Source of the DNA: an uncultured Elusimicrobiales bacterium | Lineage (GTDB): Bacteria; Elusimicrobiota; Elusimicrobia; Elusimicrobiales; Elusimicrobiaceae | DNA: 64,000 nucleotides | Direction of reading: 5' to 3' | Assembly: GCA_944324095.1 (NCBI GenBank) | Contig: CALUUY010000001.1 | Span: 9,599-73,598 of the forward strand | Shown here: one piece after another, positions 39,562-49,717 of the stretch | Numbering within the stretch: the stretch's first letter is position 1 | How the letters are laid out: each line of letters opens with the position of its first letter | Notes under the pieces: model-generated | The model's input: the letters and a program-made list of their open reading frames with translations, nothing else | What the model was told of the DNA's origin: nothing | Databases searched by the model: none | Program-made: the position numbers and the translations under genes

Positions 39562-39691
39562 TGTGCAATTTCCCTAACCATAAACCGGCTGTTTGTTATA
39601 TAAATACAAATCTTTATTTATAATACGACGTGCCGGCCCAACGCATACAATATATTATATATAAAAATACGCGTCGTGCCTGCTTCTATAA

Positions 39692-39720
39692 ATTTTTGCA
39701 ACTTTTGGAGAACTTGTCAA
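39692..39720 (-). promoter_or_regulatory. Possible promoter of the Tad locus
   Basis: Perfect -35 TTGACA, N17, weak -10 AAAAAT with an extended TG. Confidence 0.35.
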
Positions 39721-39747
39721 CTGTTTTATACTCCTTTTTCAGGCGAA

Positions 39748-41244
39748 TTATTCTTCCGGCCCGGCCACGTCCCGATAGAGGGCAAAAGCCCCGCGCCCCG
39801 TCTGTTTAACGGCATAAAGGGCTTTGTCGGCCTTTTCCAACAAGGCGGATTCGTCTTTACCGTCCTGCGGGAACACCGCTATGCCTTGGCTAATGCTTAA
39901 ATGCACTTCTTTGCCTTCGGTATATCTGTCCGGCAGGGTTATGGCGCGGATGCGTTCCTGCAAGCGTTTGGCAATAATTTTGGCTTCCTCCCCATTCGTA
40001 CGGGGAAGCATAATAATCATCTCGTCCCCGCCAAACCGGCAAGGAAAGTCCGTCTGCCGTAAGCTGGTGCGTATCACGCGGGCCACTTCTTTTAAGGCCC
40101 AGTCCCCTATTTGATGGCCGTAACCGTCGTTAATTTGTTTGAATAAATCAATGTCCAAAATAATTAAAGACATTATTAAATCAAAACGTTTAGAACGGTA
40201 TAACTCCTCGGCAAATTTCTCGTTAAAAAAGCGGCGTACGGGCAGTTTAGTCAGCTCGTCATAATTGGAAAGTTCCTGCACGCGCTCAAACAGCATAGCA
40301 TTGTCTATGGATAAGGCTATCTGCGTGGAAAACTGTTTTAAAGAAATAAAATCCAAATACCCAATTTTACGGCGAGAAAGCAAATTATCAAACGTTAAAA
40401 ACCCCACTTTATTGCGCTGCACTTTAAGCGGAATGTAAATAACATTGCGGCGCGAAGTATAGGTATTGGGGGAATCAAACACGGCTTTTAAAAGTTCCTT
40501 TTCCCCCTCTTTTAAAGCCCCTTCATCCTGCACGGTCACTTCGCCGGAAATATCCGCCCCCAGGATGGATTTTATTTTAGTGCCGTCATAATTGGTTAAA
40601 TACAAACGCACCCGGTCAAAGCGGAAATATTTTTGTATTCCTTTTAAAATCAATTCTAATCCGTCGTTTAACCGTAAAGAAGACGCAAATATGGTAGCCA
40701 GCTGATTAAGCGCCGTTGACACCGCTAAACGTTGGTTTTTGGCTTGGTCAATTTCCGTATTGCGTAAATTGTGGGATATTTCCTCCGCCAAGGCCTTGAT
40801 TAATTTTTCCTCCTGTGCGGTAAACACCCGGTTCTTGCGGAAGCGTTCCATACGTATCACGCCCACTTTTTCTTCCATATACGTTTTAAGCGTTTCGCCG
40901 TTAATGGACATAGCCGGCCGCTGCCAGCGAATCAGCACATAGGCCGCCGGATAGCTTAAATCCGTACTGATTACAAACCCTTCCCGTAACAGGCTTTTTA
41001 AAAATATAGGCTCTTTAATGACGGAAATGTCTTCCTGCATATCCATACAGTACTCTTTTTTACACATCATTTTAAGCGATAAAAGAGCCCTTTCCTGCTG
41101 CCAGTCAAAAAAGTAAACCCGGTCTAGCTTAAATAAATTGCGCAAAGCCGGCAAGGCACATTCCAATAATTCCCTTTTGTTTTGGAAAGACTGGTTTAAC
41201 TGTTTGTGAAATTTGTACAGGGTATAAGATTCTTTATCAAACAT
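39748..41244 (-). CDS. Cytoplasmic GAF-domain diguanylate cyclase
   Basis: 'DELTKL', 'DIDLFKQINDGYGHQIGD', I-site 'RQTD', 'RFGGDEM'. Two GAF-like segments, no TM. Confidence 0.9.
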   Translation of the reverse strand: MFDKESYTLYKFHKQLNQSFQNKRELLECALPALRNLFKLDRVYFFDWQQERALLSLKMMCKKEYCMDMQEDISVIKEPIFLKSLLREGFVISTDLSYPAAYVLIRWQRPAMSINGETLKTYMEEKVGVIRMERFRKNRVFTAQEEKLIKALAEEISHNLRNTEIDQAKNQRLAVSTALNQLATIFASSLRLNDGLELILKGIQKYFRFDRVRLYLTNYDGTKIKSILGADISGEVTVQDEGALKEGEKELLKAVFDSPNTYTSRRNVIYIPLKVQRNKVGFLTFDNLLSRRKIGYLDFISLKQFSTQIALSIDNAMLFERVQELSNYDELTKLPVRRFFNEKFAEELYRSKRFDLIMSLIILDIDLFKQINDGYGHQIGDWALKEVARVIRTSLRQTDFPCRFGGDEMIIMLPRTNGEEAKIIAKRLQERIRAITLPDRYTEGKEVHLSISQGIAVFPQDGKDESALLEKADKALYAVKQTGRGAFALYRDVAGPEE

Positions 41245-41247
41245 ATA

Positions 41248-42453
41248 CTACCCCTCATATAAAGAAAGCAGATGGTCTATCTCCGCCGAGGCGCTGTCCA
41301 GCTCTCTATCCAGCCCCGCCATAGTAAACCGTTCTTCCACTATCTGCGTAGCACTTACCGCCAGCACTTTATTTAATATTTCTATTACCGTCCCCGTTAC
41401 CGTGATGTTGGGCAAGGTCTTGGCGGAGGCCAAAATACTGCCGTATGTCTGCAAGCGGCGGGCGGAAGAAAAAATAAACTGCTCAAAAGCGTCTTCAAAC
41501 GCGGGGAAAACTTCCATTACGCCCGCATACTGAATTTGGTTCTCTGTACGGGCACACCATTTAATAAAATTAAGTGCATTTTCTTTTTCTTTAGACAGCA
41601 CGTTAATCATCAAATTCATCCCGGACAGGTAGGAATAATACACATTCCCCGTCGTAGGCACCGGCACAGTTTTTACCCGCACGCCGCGTTTAGCTTCAAA
41701 ACTGGCTACCCCCTGCTTGCGGGACATCAAAATACTGGCTTTGCCGGAAATCATTGTACCCAAGCTGCCGCGTTCGCGCAGGATGGGCATATAGTTTTTT
41801 AACGCCAGCGTAACATAATCTTTTATGCCGGCTTTAAACTCCGGCTTGTTTACCAGGCTGGACGCAAAATCCGCCGAAATCAAATCCCCACCTCTATCCC
41901 AAATAGCCGGCAACGCGCTACGCACGGAAAGAGAACCGCGCCAGTCGCTGTTTTGCATTGGGAAATAACCGGGATTGTCTTTAAAAGTTTCTTTCAACGC
42001 CTCACAAATCCGCAATAGCCCTTCCCAACTGGCCAAGTCTTCCTCCGGGTGGGAAGACACCAATTTTAAATGATCCCCACGGTAATGCAGGGCACTCATA
42101 TCAAACCACCACGGATAGGAATAAATGTCTTTTGTGCCCGGGCGGTAACAATGCGGCTTAAGCGGGAATAATACGTTATTTAAAGAAAGACCCGGGTCTA
42201 ACTTGGATAAATTTTCCGCCACTCCGGCACGCGTTAAAAGCGCCGTCCAATAATGCGGGATTTGGATAACGTCCGGTATTTCTTCTTCCGGCATTGGGTT
42301 TTTAATGGTAAAAATCTTACGCCACAAAATATTACGCGTAAACACGCGCACCGTTATGTCCACGCCAGGATATTCCTGTTGAAATAAAGCGCTTAGGCGG
42401 GCGTAATCTTCTTTTGTTCGGGCACCGGAATCAGGCATTACCCAAATAATCAT
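41248..42453 (-). CDS. Sugar ABC solute-binding-protein-like protein lacking a signal peptide
   Basis: 'FQQEYPGVDITV', 'PDVIQI', 'YSYPWWFD..ALHYR', 'SWEGL', 'YLSGMNL'. Confidence 0.7.
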   Translation of the reverse strand: MIIWVMPDSGARTKEDYARLSALFQQEYPGVDITVRVFTRNILWRKIFTIKNPMPEEEIPDVIQIPHYWTALLTRAGVAENLSKLDPGLSLNNVLFPLKPHCYRPGTKDIYSYPWWFDMSALHYRGDHLKLVSSHPEEDLASWEGLLRICEALKETFKDNPGYFPMQNSDWRGSLSVRSALPAIWDRGGDLISADFASSLVNKPEFKAGIKDYVTLALKNYMPILRERGSLGTMISGKASILMSRKQGVASFEAKRGVRVKTVPVPTTGNVYYSYLSGMNLMINVLSKEKENALNFIKWCARTENQIQYAGVMEVFPAFEDAFEQFIFSSARRLQTYGSILASAKTLPNITVTGTVIEILNKVLAVSATQIVEERFTMAGLDRELDSASAEIDHLLSLYEG

Positions 42454-42456
42454 AGC

Positions 42457-43479
42457 TTACCTCCAGGTACGCACTTTCATATTGGGGTTGACATTAATAT
42501 TCCATTGCGGCTCTTGGCCAAGTTGCTGTGCACGGGCCAATTTTTTATAGGCGGCCAAGGCAATCATAGCGGCATTGTCCGACGAATACTTCCGCTCCAC
42601 AAACCGCACCGTCAGCCCGGCTTCTTTGCCTTTTTCTTCCATCATCTGTCTTAAAAGCGTGTTCCCCGCCACGCCTCCGCCCACCGCAATATGTTTTACT
42701 TTATATTTTAGCGCAGCTTGAACGGTTTTGGACACTAATGTCTCCACTACCGCCGTTTCAAAACTGGCGCACACATCGGGTACGCTTACGTTTTGATGAT
42801 CCCGCAAGTAATAACTTACGGCTGTTTTTATACCACTGAAGGAAAAATCCCACGTGCCCGGCAACAGCGGACGAGGAAAATGAATAGCATCTCTTTTCCC
42901 TTCCAACGCCTGTTTGGACACCTGCGGCCCGCCCGGATACGGCAGGCCCAATAATTTGGCTACTTTATCAAAAGCTTCCCCCGCTGCATCGTCACGCGTA
43001 CGGCCCAGCTCTTTATAAACGCCATAATCTTTTACATACAAAAGTTCCGTATTCCCGCCGGAAACCACTAACGCCACTAGCGGAAATTCAAGAGGACGGC
43101 ACACCTGCCCATTTTCAAACTCACACGCAAACAAGTGTCCTTCCAAATGGTTCACCCCAATAAGCGGCACGCCTTTAAAGGCGGCCAACGTTTCCGCCGC
43201 CACGCGCCCCACCATCAACCCGCCCGGAAGCCCGGGCCCGCTGGCAAAAGCTACGCAGTCTATTTTTTGGTCTCCCAATGCGGTTTCTATTACCGCAGCA
43301 ATCTTAGCCGCGTGCGCCCGGCTGGCCAGTTCCGGCACTACGCCGTGGTATTTTTTATGCTCATCCACTTGAGAATAAACCACATTGGACAAGAGTTCCT
43401 TTCCGCCGCGTAACACCGCCGCGGAAGTTTCATCACACGTGGACTCTATTCCCAAAATAGTAAAATCTTTACTTAGCAT
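42457..43479 (-). CDS. tsaD: tRNA N6-threonylcarbamoyltransferase TsaD
   Basis: 'ILGIESTCDET', 'GVVPELASRAH', 'HLEGH', 'DDAAGEAFDKVA', 'DNAAMIA'. Confidence 0.96.
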   Translation of the reverse strand: MLSKDFTILGIESTCDETSAAVLRGGKELLSNVVYSQVDEHKKYHGVVPELASRAHAAKIAAVIETALGDQKIDCVAFASGPGLPGGLMVGRVAAETLAAFKGVPLIGVNHLEGHLFACEFENGQVCRPLEFPLVALVVSGGNTELLYVKDYGVYKELGRTRDDAAGEAFDKVAKLLGLPYPGGPQVSKQALEGKRDAIHFPRPLLPGTWDFSFSGIKTAVSYYLRDHQNVSVPDVCASFETAVVETLVSKTVQAALKYKVKHIAVGGGVAGNTLLRQMMEEKGKEAGLTVRFVERKYSSDNAAMIALAAYKKLARAQQLGQEPQWNINVNPNMKVRTWR

Positions 43480-43490
43480 AATACACCTGT

Positions 43491-44927
43491 TTATTTACTT
43501 TTCTCCGCGGAGACGTCTTTCTTTTTACTTGCTTCTTTTTTGTTGTCTGCCGCCGGCTTTTTTTCTTCTTTCTTCACGCCGGACACATTCTCCTTGGCGG
43601 AAGTTTTAGCTTGCTCCCGTTTTTCTTTGGCAGCCTTGGCCTCGGCCTGGGCCTGTTCCAAAGTAAGCTCTCCTTTCAAATAGGCCACAGCCTTATCCAG
43701 CACCGGGTCTTTTTCCGTAAACTTAGGAGCTTCTTCTTTTTTACCGGGGGTATATACTATCTTATTATACTGCATAAAAATTTTTATTTCTTCTTCCGGT
43801 TCCACCATCACCTCAATATCCGGGAAAATACCGCCCTCATCGGCCTTGGATTTATCGCGGTAATCCCGCTGGATTAATTTACCCGAAGGCGTATAATACC
43901 GTGCGATAGTCAACCGTAAACCGGCCCCGCCGGAAAGCGGCATAACCTGCTGCACACTGGCTTTACCAAAGGTGCGCTGCCCCACCACCACGGCGCGTTT
44001 ATTATCCTGTAACGCACCGGAAACAATCTCACTGGCGCTGGCGGAACCTTGGTTAACTAAAACCACCATAGGGACATCGGCATACGGGGCCTTTTTATCG
44101 GTTTTAAATTCTTGGTAGAATTCCGGCTTGCGGCCTTTGGTGTACACAATCATCTGCTCCTGCCCCATAAACAGTTTGGCCATATCCACCGCACCGTTTA
44201 ACAAGCCGCCCGGATTAAAACGCAAGTCCAACACCAAAGACTGCATACCCTGTTTTTGTAATTCTTCCAACGCTTTTTTGAGCGCTTCCATCGTATGGCC
44301 GGAAAAATCCACCACATAAATATAACCGATTTTACCGTCCAACATACGGTGATACACCACTTCCGGTATAATTTTTTGGCGTTTTAACGTTAAATCCGGC
44401 AAGGTTTTATATTCGCCGGTTTTTTCGTCTTTACGGCTTAAAGTAAGCTTTACTTTGGTGCCCGCTTCGCCGCGCATTAATTCTACGGCCTCATCCAAAT
44501 CCATATTGGAAATGTCTTTGTCATTCACAAACAAAATACGGTCGCCCGGCATTACCCCCGCTTTAAAAGCAGGCGTGTTGGGCATAGGGCTCATAATGGT
44601 CACATAGCCATCCACCATCTGAAGGCGAATGCCCAGGCCGCCAAAATCGCCCCGGGTATCATTTTTTAATACCTTGTATTCTTTAGGGCCCAAATATTGA
44701 GAAAAGTCGTCCAATTCCCCCACCACGCCTTTAATGGCGCCGGTAATTAATTGGTCAGTATCGGTGGACTCTACATAATTTTCTTTTACGTATTCCAACA
44801 CGTCCACAAAGGTGCGTATTTTACGCAGCCCGCCGTCCGCCGCTGCATACGCATACGGAAACAGCGTCCCCACAAAAAACAAAGTGGCGGCGGCAATCGC
44901 CCAAGCACTTACTTTTCTATTTTTCAT
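43491..44927 (-). CDS. ctpA: Carboxyl-terminal processing protease (S41A)
   Basis: PDZ 'FGGLGI', 'LDLRFNPGG', 'SASASEIVSGAL', 'TFGKASVQ'. Confidence 0.93.
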   Translation of the reverse strand: MKNRKVSAWAIAAATLFFVGTLFPYAYAAADGGLRKIRTFVDVLEYVKENYVESTDTDQLITGAIKGVVGELDDFSQYLGPKEYKVLKNDTRGDFGGLGIRLQMVDGYVTIMSPMPNTPAFKAGVMPGDRILFVNDKDISNMDLDEAVELMRGEAGTKVKLTLSRKDEKTGEYKTLPDLTLKRQKIIPEVVYHRMLDGKIGYIYVVDFSGHTMEALKKALEELQKQGMQSLVLDLRFNPGGLLNGAVDMAKLFMGQEQMIVYTKGRKPEFYQEFKTDKKAPYADVPMVVLVNQGSASASEIVSGALQDNKRAVVVGQRTFGKASVQQVMPLSGGAGLRLTIARYYTPSGKLIQRDYRDKSKADEGGIFPDIEVMVEPEEEIKIFMQYNKIVYTPGKKEEAPKFTEKDPVLDKAVAYLKGELTLEQAQAEAKAAKEKREQAKTSAKENVSGVKKEEKKPAADNKKEASKKKDVSAEKSK

Positions 44928-44942
44928 ATTTACCTCTTAAAT

Positions 44943-46118
44943 TTATTTTAACCATTTTAACGGATCCACGGCTTCCGTTCCCTGGCGGATTTCAAAATAC
45001 ACCGCGTAACGCCCCGTACCGGAAGACGTCTGCGTGTCCGGCCCGGCCGTACCCAAAACACCTTGGCGGGGTAGCTTGTCGCCCACGGAAGCCTGTATCT
45101 CTAACAAAAATCCATAAATGGAAAAGAAACCTTTTCCGTGATCCAAAATTACCACATTGCCGTATGAACGGAACGGCCCGGCGTAAATAACGCTGCCGGC
45201 TTCGGTCGCGCGGACGGCTTGCCCGCGCGTTGCGGCAATTTTAATCCCTTCGCGGAAAATCCACGTATTCAAATCAGCCCGGTATTCTTTACCAAATTTG
45301 CTTAATACTTTACCCGTTACTGGCCACGGTAAAGATTTGGGAGCCGCATCAATAGTCGGCCCGCCAGAAGCCGCCTTTTTCACCCCGCTTTTCTTTTGTT
45401 CTGCCGCAGAAGCTTTGGCCGCTTTTGCCTTGCGGGAGCGTTCAAACTGGGCCAGCAAATCATTAAGTTCTTCGGCGGAGCGGTTGAGTTCATTTATTTC
45501 TTTGCGTACTTCCTGCACCTTACGTTTGGTTTGATCTAAGGCTGTTTTTTTCTTGCGGAAATTGGTGGAAATCACTTCCCGCTCTTCTTCCAACTTAGAA
45601 CTGCGCGCCTGCAGTTGTTTATTCTTTTGCTCAAAGGTGGAAATTTGCTTATCCGTCTGTTTTTGCTCCTCATTCATAGCCGCGGTAAAAGCAGCTTTGT
45701 GGGTAATCATACGGTCCACAAAAATTTCTTCTTCCAAACTATACCCTTCCGGGCATTCATAACAACGCGGGGTAAAATAATATTCGTCCAGCTCGTCCAA
45801 CACGGCGCGCTGCCACATAGGCATACTTTTTTCCAAAACGGCCAGTTTGTCCGCCGTGGAAAGCAAAGTTTGCTCTATATACGAAATATCCGCCTCTACC
45901 TGGTTTTTTTTACGCTCGGCCTCCCGGCGTTTTTTATCCAGGGCGGAAATTTCCCGCGCTATTTTCTGTTCCTGTGCACGATATTTTTTTAATTCGCTTT
46001 CTTTTTGGGCTGCTTGGCTTTTTAAACGCGCAAGCTCTTTACGCTTGTCTTCCGCTTCGTTAGAAAACAAACTGGGCGCCCACAATAAAAACACCAAAAG
46101 CGTTAAAATTTTTGCCAT
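44943..46118 (-). CDS. envC: Murein hydrolase activator EnvC (coiled coil + degenerate M23)
   Basis: Signal peptide, long coiled coil, and 'LPWPVTG...YGNVVILDHG...YFEIRQG' lacking Zn ligands. Adjacent to ftsX. Confidence 0.85.
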   Translation of the reverse strand: MAKILTLLVFLLWAPSLFSNEAEDKRKELARLKSQAAQKESELKKYRAQEQKIAREISALDKKRREAERKKNQVEADISYIEQTLLSTADKLAVLEKSMPMWQRAVLDELDEYYFTPRCYECPEGYSLEEEIFVDRMITHKAAFTAAMNEEQKQTDKQISTFEQKNKQLQARSSKLEEEREVISTNFRKKKTALDQTKRKVQEVRKEINELNRSAEELNDLLAQFERSRKAKAAKASAAEQKKSGVKKAASGGPTIDAAPKSLPWPVTGKVLSKFGKEYRADLNTWIFREGIKIAATRGQAVRATEAGSVIYAGPFRSYGNVVILDHGKGFFSIYGFLLEIQASVGDKLPRQGVLGTAGPDTQTSSGTGRYAVYFEIRQGTEAVDPLKWLK

Positions 46119-46876
46119 TTAGTTAAAGTCCATCCCAACAATCCGCACAACACAAACAAACCCACCTGGCGGCCTACAGACGTAAACGCATTAAGCGCCG
46201 GCAACAAATATCCCGACGGGTACACTAACGCCGCAATAAACACAAGCGAAGCTCCCGCCGCCAATAAACCCGAAAACACCCCCGCCCCCAAGTGGCGAGA
46301 AGTGGAGGGATACGCCTCCACCAAAAACATAAAAAACACCAACAGCAGCAGCGCAAACACCACCGCCATATTTACAATGCGCAAACACAACCCTACCAAA
46401 AAAATAGTGCGCGCGTGCTGCGGGCTGTATTTGGGAGACAAGCCCTGATATTCCGCCGCTAAATTATCCACAAACGGCCCAATATTGTTAACCGCTTTGT
46501 AATTTAGCTTCAGCTCAAAATACGCCGGCATTTTATTGCGCCCCATCAAAAGAAGCGCCTCCGTAAGCTGGGGATTCTTCTTTTGCAAAGCGGCCAGCGC
46601 GTCCGCCGGAGAAAACAACTTAACCTCCACAATGTCCTCTTTGGTGCTAAGGCTTTCCCCCATTTGGGTCAGGTCTTCGGTTTGTACCTCCGGGTCTATG
46701 GTTAAAATAACCTTAAACTCACTGTCCAACCGGTTAAAATAATCTTTTAGCTGCACCTGAGTAAAACTGGCTACCTGCAGCAAAACAGCCACCGCAAACA
46801 CCAAAGTAAATACCCGGCGATACAAACGAAAAACGTGCTTAGAACGCCGTTTCTGCGGCTCCAAAAAATCATCCAT
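46103..46876 (-). CDS. ftsX: FtsX-like permease
   Basis: TM, extracellular loop 'VKLFSPADALAAL...NKMPAYFELKL', further TMs. Upstream of envC. Confidence 0.7.
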   Translation of the reverse strand: MDDFLEPQKRRSKHVFRLYRRVFTLVFAVAVLLQVASFTQVQLKDYFNRLDSEFKVILTIDPEVQTEDLTQMGESLSTKEDIVEVKLFSPADALAALQKKNPQLTEALLLMGRNKMPAYFELKLNYKAVNNIGPFVDNLAAEYQGLSPKYSPQHARTIFLVGLCLRIVNMAVVFALLLLVFFMFLVEAYPSTSRHLGAGVFSGLLAAGASLVFIAALVYPSGYLLPALNAFTSVGRQVGLFVLCGLLGWTLTKWQKF

Positions 46877-46879
46877 ATA

Positions 46880-48262
46880 CTAATCCTCATCTTCGGGCAG
46901 GTTTTCGTTCCAACCCAAGGCTTGCGTCAGCTTGTCTTTTAACTGCGTATTGTGATACACGCCGGTAAACCCGTCATACCCGCCGTCCGCCACACCAATT
47001 AACATACCAGACGTATGGTTGCCGGTATTCCAGCTAAGGCCTTTTACATCATTGATATGCTGCTTAATTTGCTGGTAGTCCGTAGGGTTGGGCAGAGAGG
47101 AAAAATCGATATGATACCCCAATGCTTTATCCATCATAGCCTGCATCGTTTCGGGGGTGCGTTTTTCCTGCGGAAGTTTTTTAAAATCTTCGTTTACATA
47201 ATACAACACACGGTTTTGCTTAAGCAGTTTATCAAACTCTTTATAGTCCACATAATCCGTATTACCGCCGTAGAGCATTTCTCCCTGAGCGTTTTTGTGC
47301 CGTACCTGCTTGCTGTCCAAATGGCGGTAAGCAAAGGCGGGGACACCGGTTTCGTGGTCAGCATTTAAATAAATTAGGGTGTCTTCGTTCTTATCGGCAA
47401 AAGAGGTTAACACCGGAAGGGTTTCATCCAATGTAACCATTTCATAGAAAGAAGAACCGCCGTCATTTTCGTGCAAAGCCCAGTCTATCTTGCCGGCTTC
47501 CACCATCAAAATAAAACCTTTTTCATTCTGGGAAAGAATACGAAGCGCAGCCTGCGTCATATCCTTTAAAGTGGGCACCGTGGGGTTTAAATCTTTTTCT
47601 ATATAAAAAGGCATAGCTTCATCAGCAAATAAGCCCAACAACTTTTTACCTTTTGCTTTGGCTAACTGCTTTTTATCGGTTACTACCGTGTAGCCTTGTT
47701 TTTTGGCTTCTTTCAGCAGTTTTTTGTTTTCACCCTGCGTAAAGTATTTGAGCCCGCCGCCTAAAATAACATCCGCACCGGAAGCTATCATCTGCCGGGC
47801 AATATTGTATTTTTGGCCGCGGCCGCGCGCGTGAGCCAGGAAGGCCGCCGGGGTGGCATCCGTTACATACGCGTCCGAAATAACACCAACGGACATTCCA
47901 CGTTCTTGCGCTTCTTCCATAATATTTTTAACGTCCAGGCCGGAATAATCCTGCCCGATATAATCCGGTATAGAATACTGCCCCGTAGCCATTTGTGTAG
48001 CAGAACCGGCCGAATCCGTTACCACGCTGACGTGGGTGTTGTTAAAATACAGGCCCACTTCAGAGGCGTTGATAAATTTTTCCAAATTAGACTGTTTATC
48101 CGGATACGCCGGATTACTGCTGTTGCGCACCGCTTCCATAAAAAAGCCCATAGCGGACGGGCCCATCCCATCCCCAATGACCCAAATCAAATTCTTAGCC
48201 GTCTTAGCTTGGCCGCTTACGGCAAAAAAACCAATAAATAAAATTAACAACCATTTTTTCAT
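46880..48262 (-). CDS. Alkaline phosphatase (PhoA family)
   Basis: 'IGDGMG', 'TDSAGSATQMATG', 'DATPAAF', 'VEAGKIDWALH', 'ADHETG'. Signal peptide. Confidence 0.92.
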   Translation of the reverse strand: MKKWLLILFIGFFAVSGQAKTAKNLIWVIGDGMGPSAMGFFMEAVRNSSNPAYPDKQSNLEKFINASEVGLYFNNTHVSVVTDSAGSATQMATGQYSIPDYIGQDYSGLDVKNIMEEAQERGMSVGVISDAYVTDATPAAFLAHARGRGQKYNIARQMIASGADVILGGGLKYFTQGENKKLLKEAKKQGYTVVTDKKQLAKAKGKKLLGLFADEAMPFYIEKDLNPTVPTLKDMTQAALRILSQNEKGFILMVEAGKIDWALHENDGGSSFYEMVTLDETLPVLTSFADKNEDTLIYLNADHETGVPAFAYRHLDSKQVRHKNAQGEMLYGGNTDYVDYKEFDKLLKQNRVLYYVNEDFKKLPQEKRTPETMQAMMDKALGYHIDFSSLPNPTDYQQIKQHINDVKGLSWNTGNHTSGMLIGVADGGYDGFTGVYHNTQLKDKLTQALGWNENLPEDED

Positions 48263-48275
48263 AAACCACTTACTC

Positions 48276-49715
48276 CTAAAGAATCGTCCGTTTATACAAA
48301 TCTATATACTGCTGGGCGGATTTATCCCACGAGTTGTCCGCCGTCATAGCGTTTTTAACCAGCTTGGCCCAAGCCGGTTTTTCTCCATACACTTTTAACG
48401 CTGCTTCCAAAGCTTCCACAATGCCGTTTTCGCTCAAGGTCTTAATAAAAAAACCTGTTGCATTAGAAGCCGGATAACCCGTTACCGTGTCGGCCAGCCC
48501 GCCCACCTGCGTAACCACAGGCAGCGTGCCATACTTCATAGCAATCATTTGGCTTAAACCGCACGGCTCAAAACGAGACGGCATTAAAAACAAATCCGCA
48601 CCGGCGTAAATTTTATGCGCCAATTCTTCATCCAGCTTTCCCCTATAAGCTACGCAAGACGGGTTGCTGCGCGCCAAAGCCTGATAGGCTTTTTCTAGCC
48701 GGGGGTCTCCCGCACCCAATACGGTAAACAATACGCGCCCTTTATAACGCTCTATCACGTTTACCACCATATCCAGCCCTTTTTGATAATCCAAGCGCGA
48801 TACTATCCCCACCACCGGCTTATCCGGGTTGCGTTCCAAACCGCACTCTTCCAACAACATCATTTTGCAGGCGGTTTTGCCGCGAGGAAAGTCAAAACTG
48901 TCGTACCCAACCGGAAGGATAGGGTCGGTTTCCGGATCCCAAATTTCCGTATCAATCCCATTTACAATACCGCAGAAATTTTTGCTGCGGTAGCGCAAAA
49001 CGCCTTCCAAGCCAAAGCCTTTGGAAGGGTCGTTCTGTACTTCTTTGGCATAAGTGGGGCTGACGGTGTTAATATTGTCGGCAAATACAAGGCCGCTTTT
49101 TAAAAAGCTTATACCGCCGTAATATTCAAATTTGTCCGGCGTGTAGTCCACCGGGTGAAAGCCTGCTTTTTCATAAGTGGAATACGGAAAATGCCCCTGA
49201 TAGGCAATATTATGAATGGTAAACAAACTGCGCGTGCGGGTGTAAAACGCGTCCAGCTTATACACGGTTTTTAAATACGCGGGGATAAGCCCGGTTTGCC
49301 AATCGTGGCAATGGATAATGTCCGGCCGGAAGCCTACAAATTTGCAGCCTTCCAACACCGCGCGGCAGAAAAGGATAAAACGTTCATCATTGTCCGGATA
49401 CTCGCCCGTTTTGGTGCGGTATAGTTCGGGCCGGTCAAAATATTTACGGTTGCCGATAAAAAATACAATCACCGACCCCCAGTTTATATAAGACAGCGTA
49501 ACCTGTTCAATCCGCCCGCCGATGGGGATCAAATACACACCCGGCACCACTTTTAAAGAAGACACCCGCGTAATATTGCGGTAATGCGGCAGAAATAAAA
49601 TAACCTTATTGCCTTTGCGCATACCCAGCTGCTGGCTGAGCGCACCCACCACATCTGCCAATCCGCCCGTTTTGCAAAACGGGAACGCCTCGCTGGCGGC
49701 CATAACAATATTCAT
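48276..49715 (-). CDS. glgA: Glycogen synthase
   Basis: 'KTGGLADV', 'HCHDWQTG', 'FTIHNIAYQG', 'PSRFEPCGLSQM'. Confidence 0.95.
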   Translation of the reverse strand: MNIVMAASEAFPFCKTGGLADVVGALSQQLGMRKGNKVILFLPHYRNITRVSSLKVVPGVYLIPIGGRIEQVTLSYINWGSVIVFFIGNRKYFDRPELYRTKTGEYPDNDERFILFCRAVLEGCKFVGFRPDIIHCHDWQTGLIPAYLKTVYKLDAFYTRTRSLFTIHNIAYQGHFPYSTYEKAGFHPVDYTPDKFEYYGGISFLKSGLVFADNINTVSPTYAKEVQNDPSKGFGLEGVLRYRSKNFCGIVNGIDTEIWDPETDPILPVGYDSFDFPRGKTACKMMLLEECGLERNPDKPVVGIVSRLDYQKGLDMVVNVIERYKGRVLFTVLGAGDPRLEKAYQALARSNPSCVAYRGKLDEELAHKIYAGADLFLMPSRFEPCGLSQMIAMKYGTLPVVTQVGGLADTVTGYPASNATGFFIKTLSENGIVEALEAALKVYGEKPAWAKLVKNAMTADNSWDKSAQQYIDLYKRTIL

Positions 49716-49717
49716 GG

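Noticed and set aside
44943-45330. M23 domain lacking Zn ligands as a possible pseudogene or novelty
   Set aside because: Catalytic degeneracy is the normal state of EnvC.
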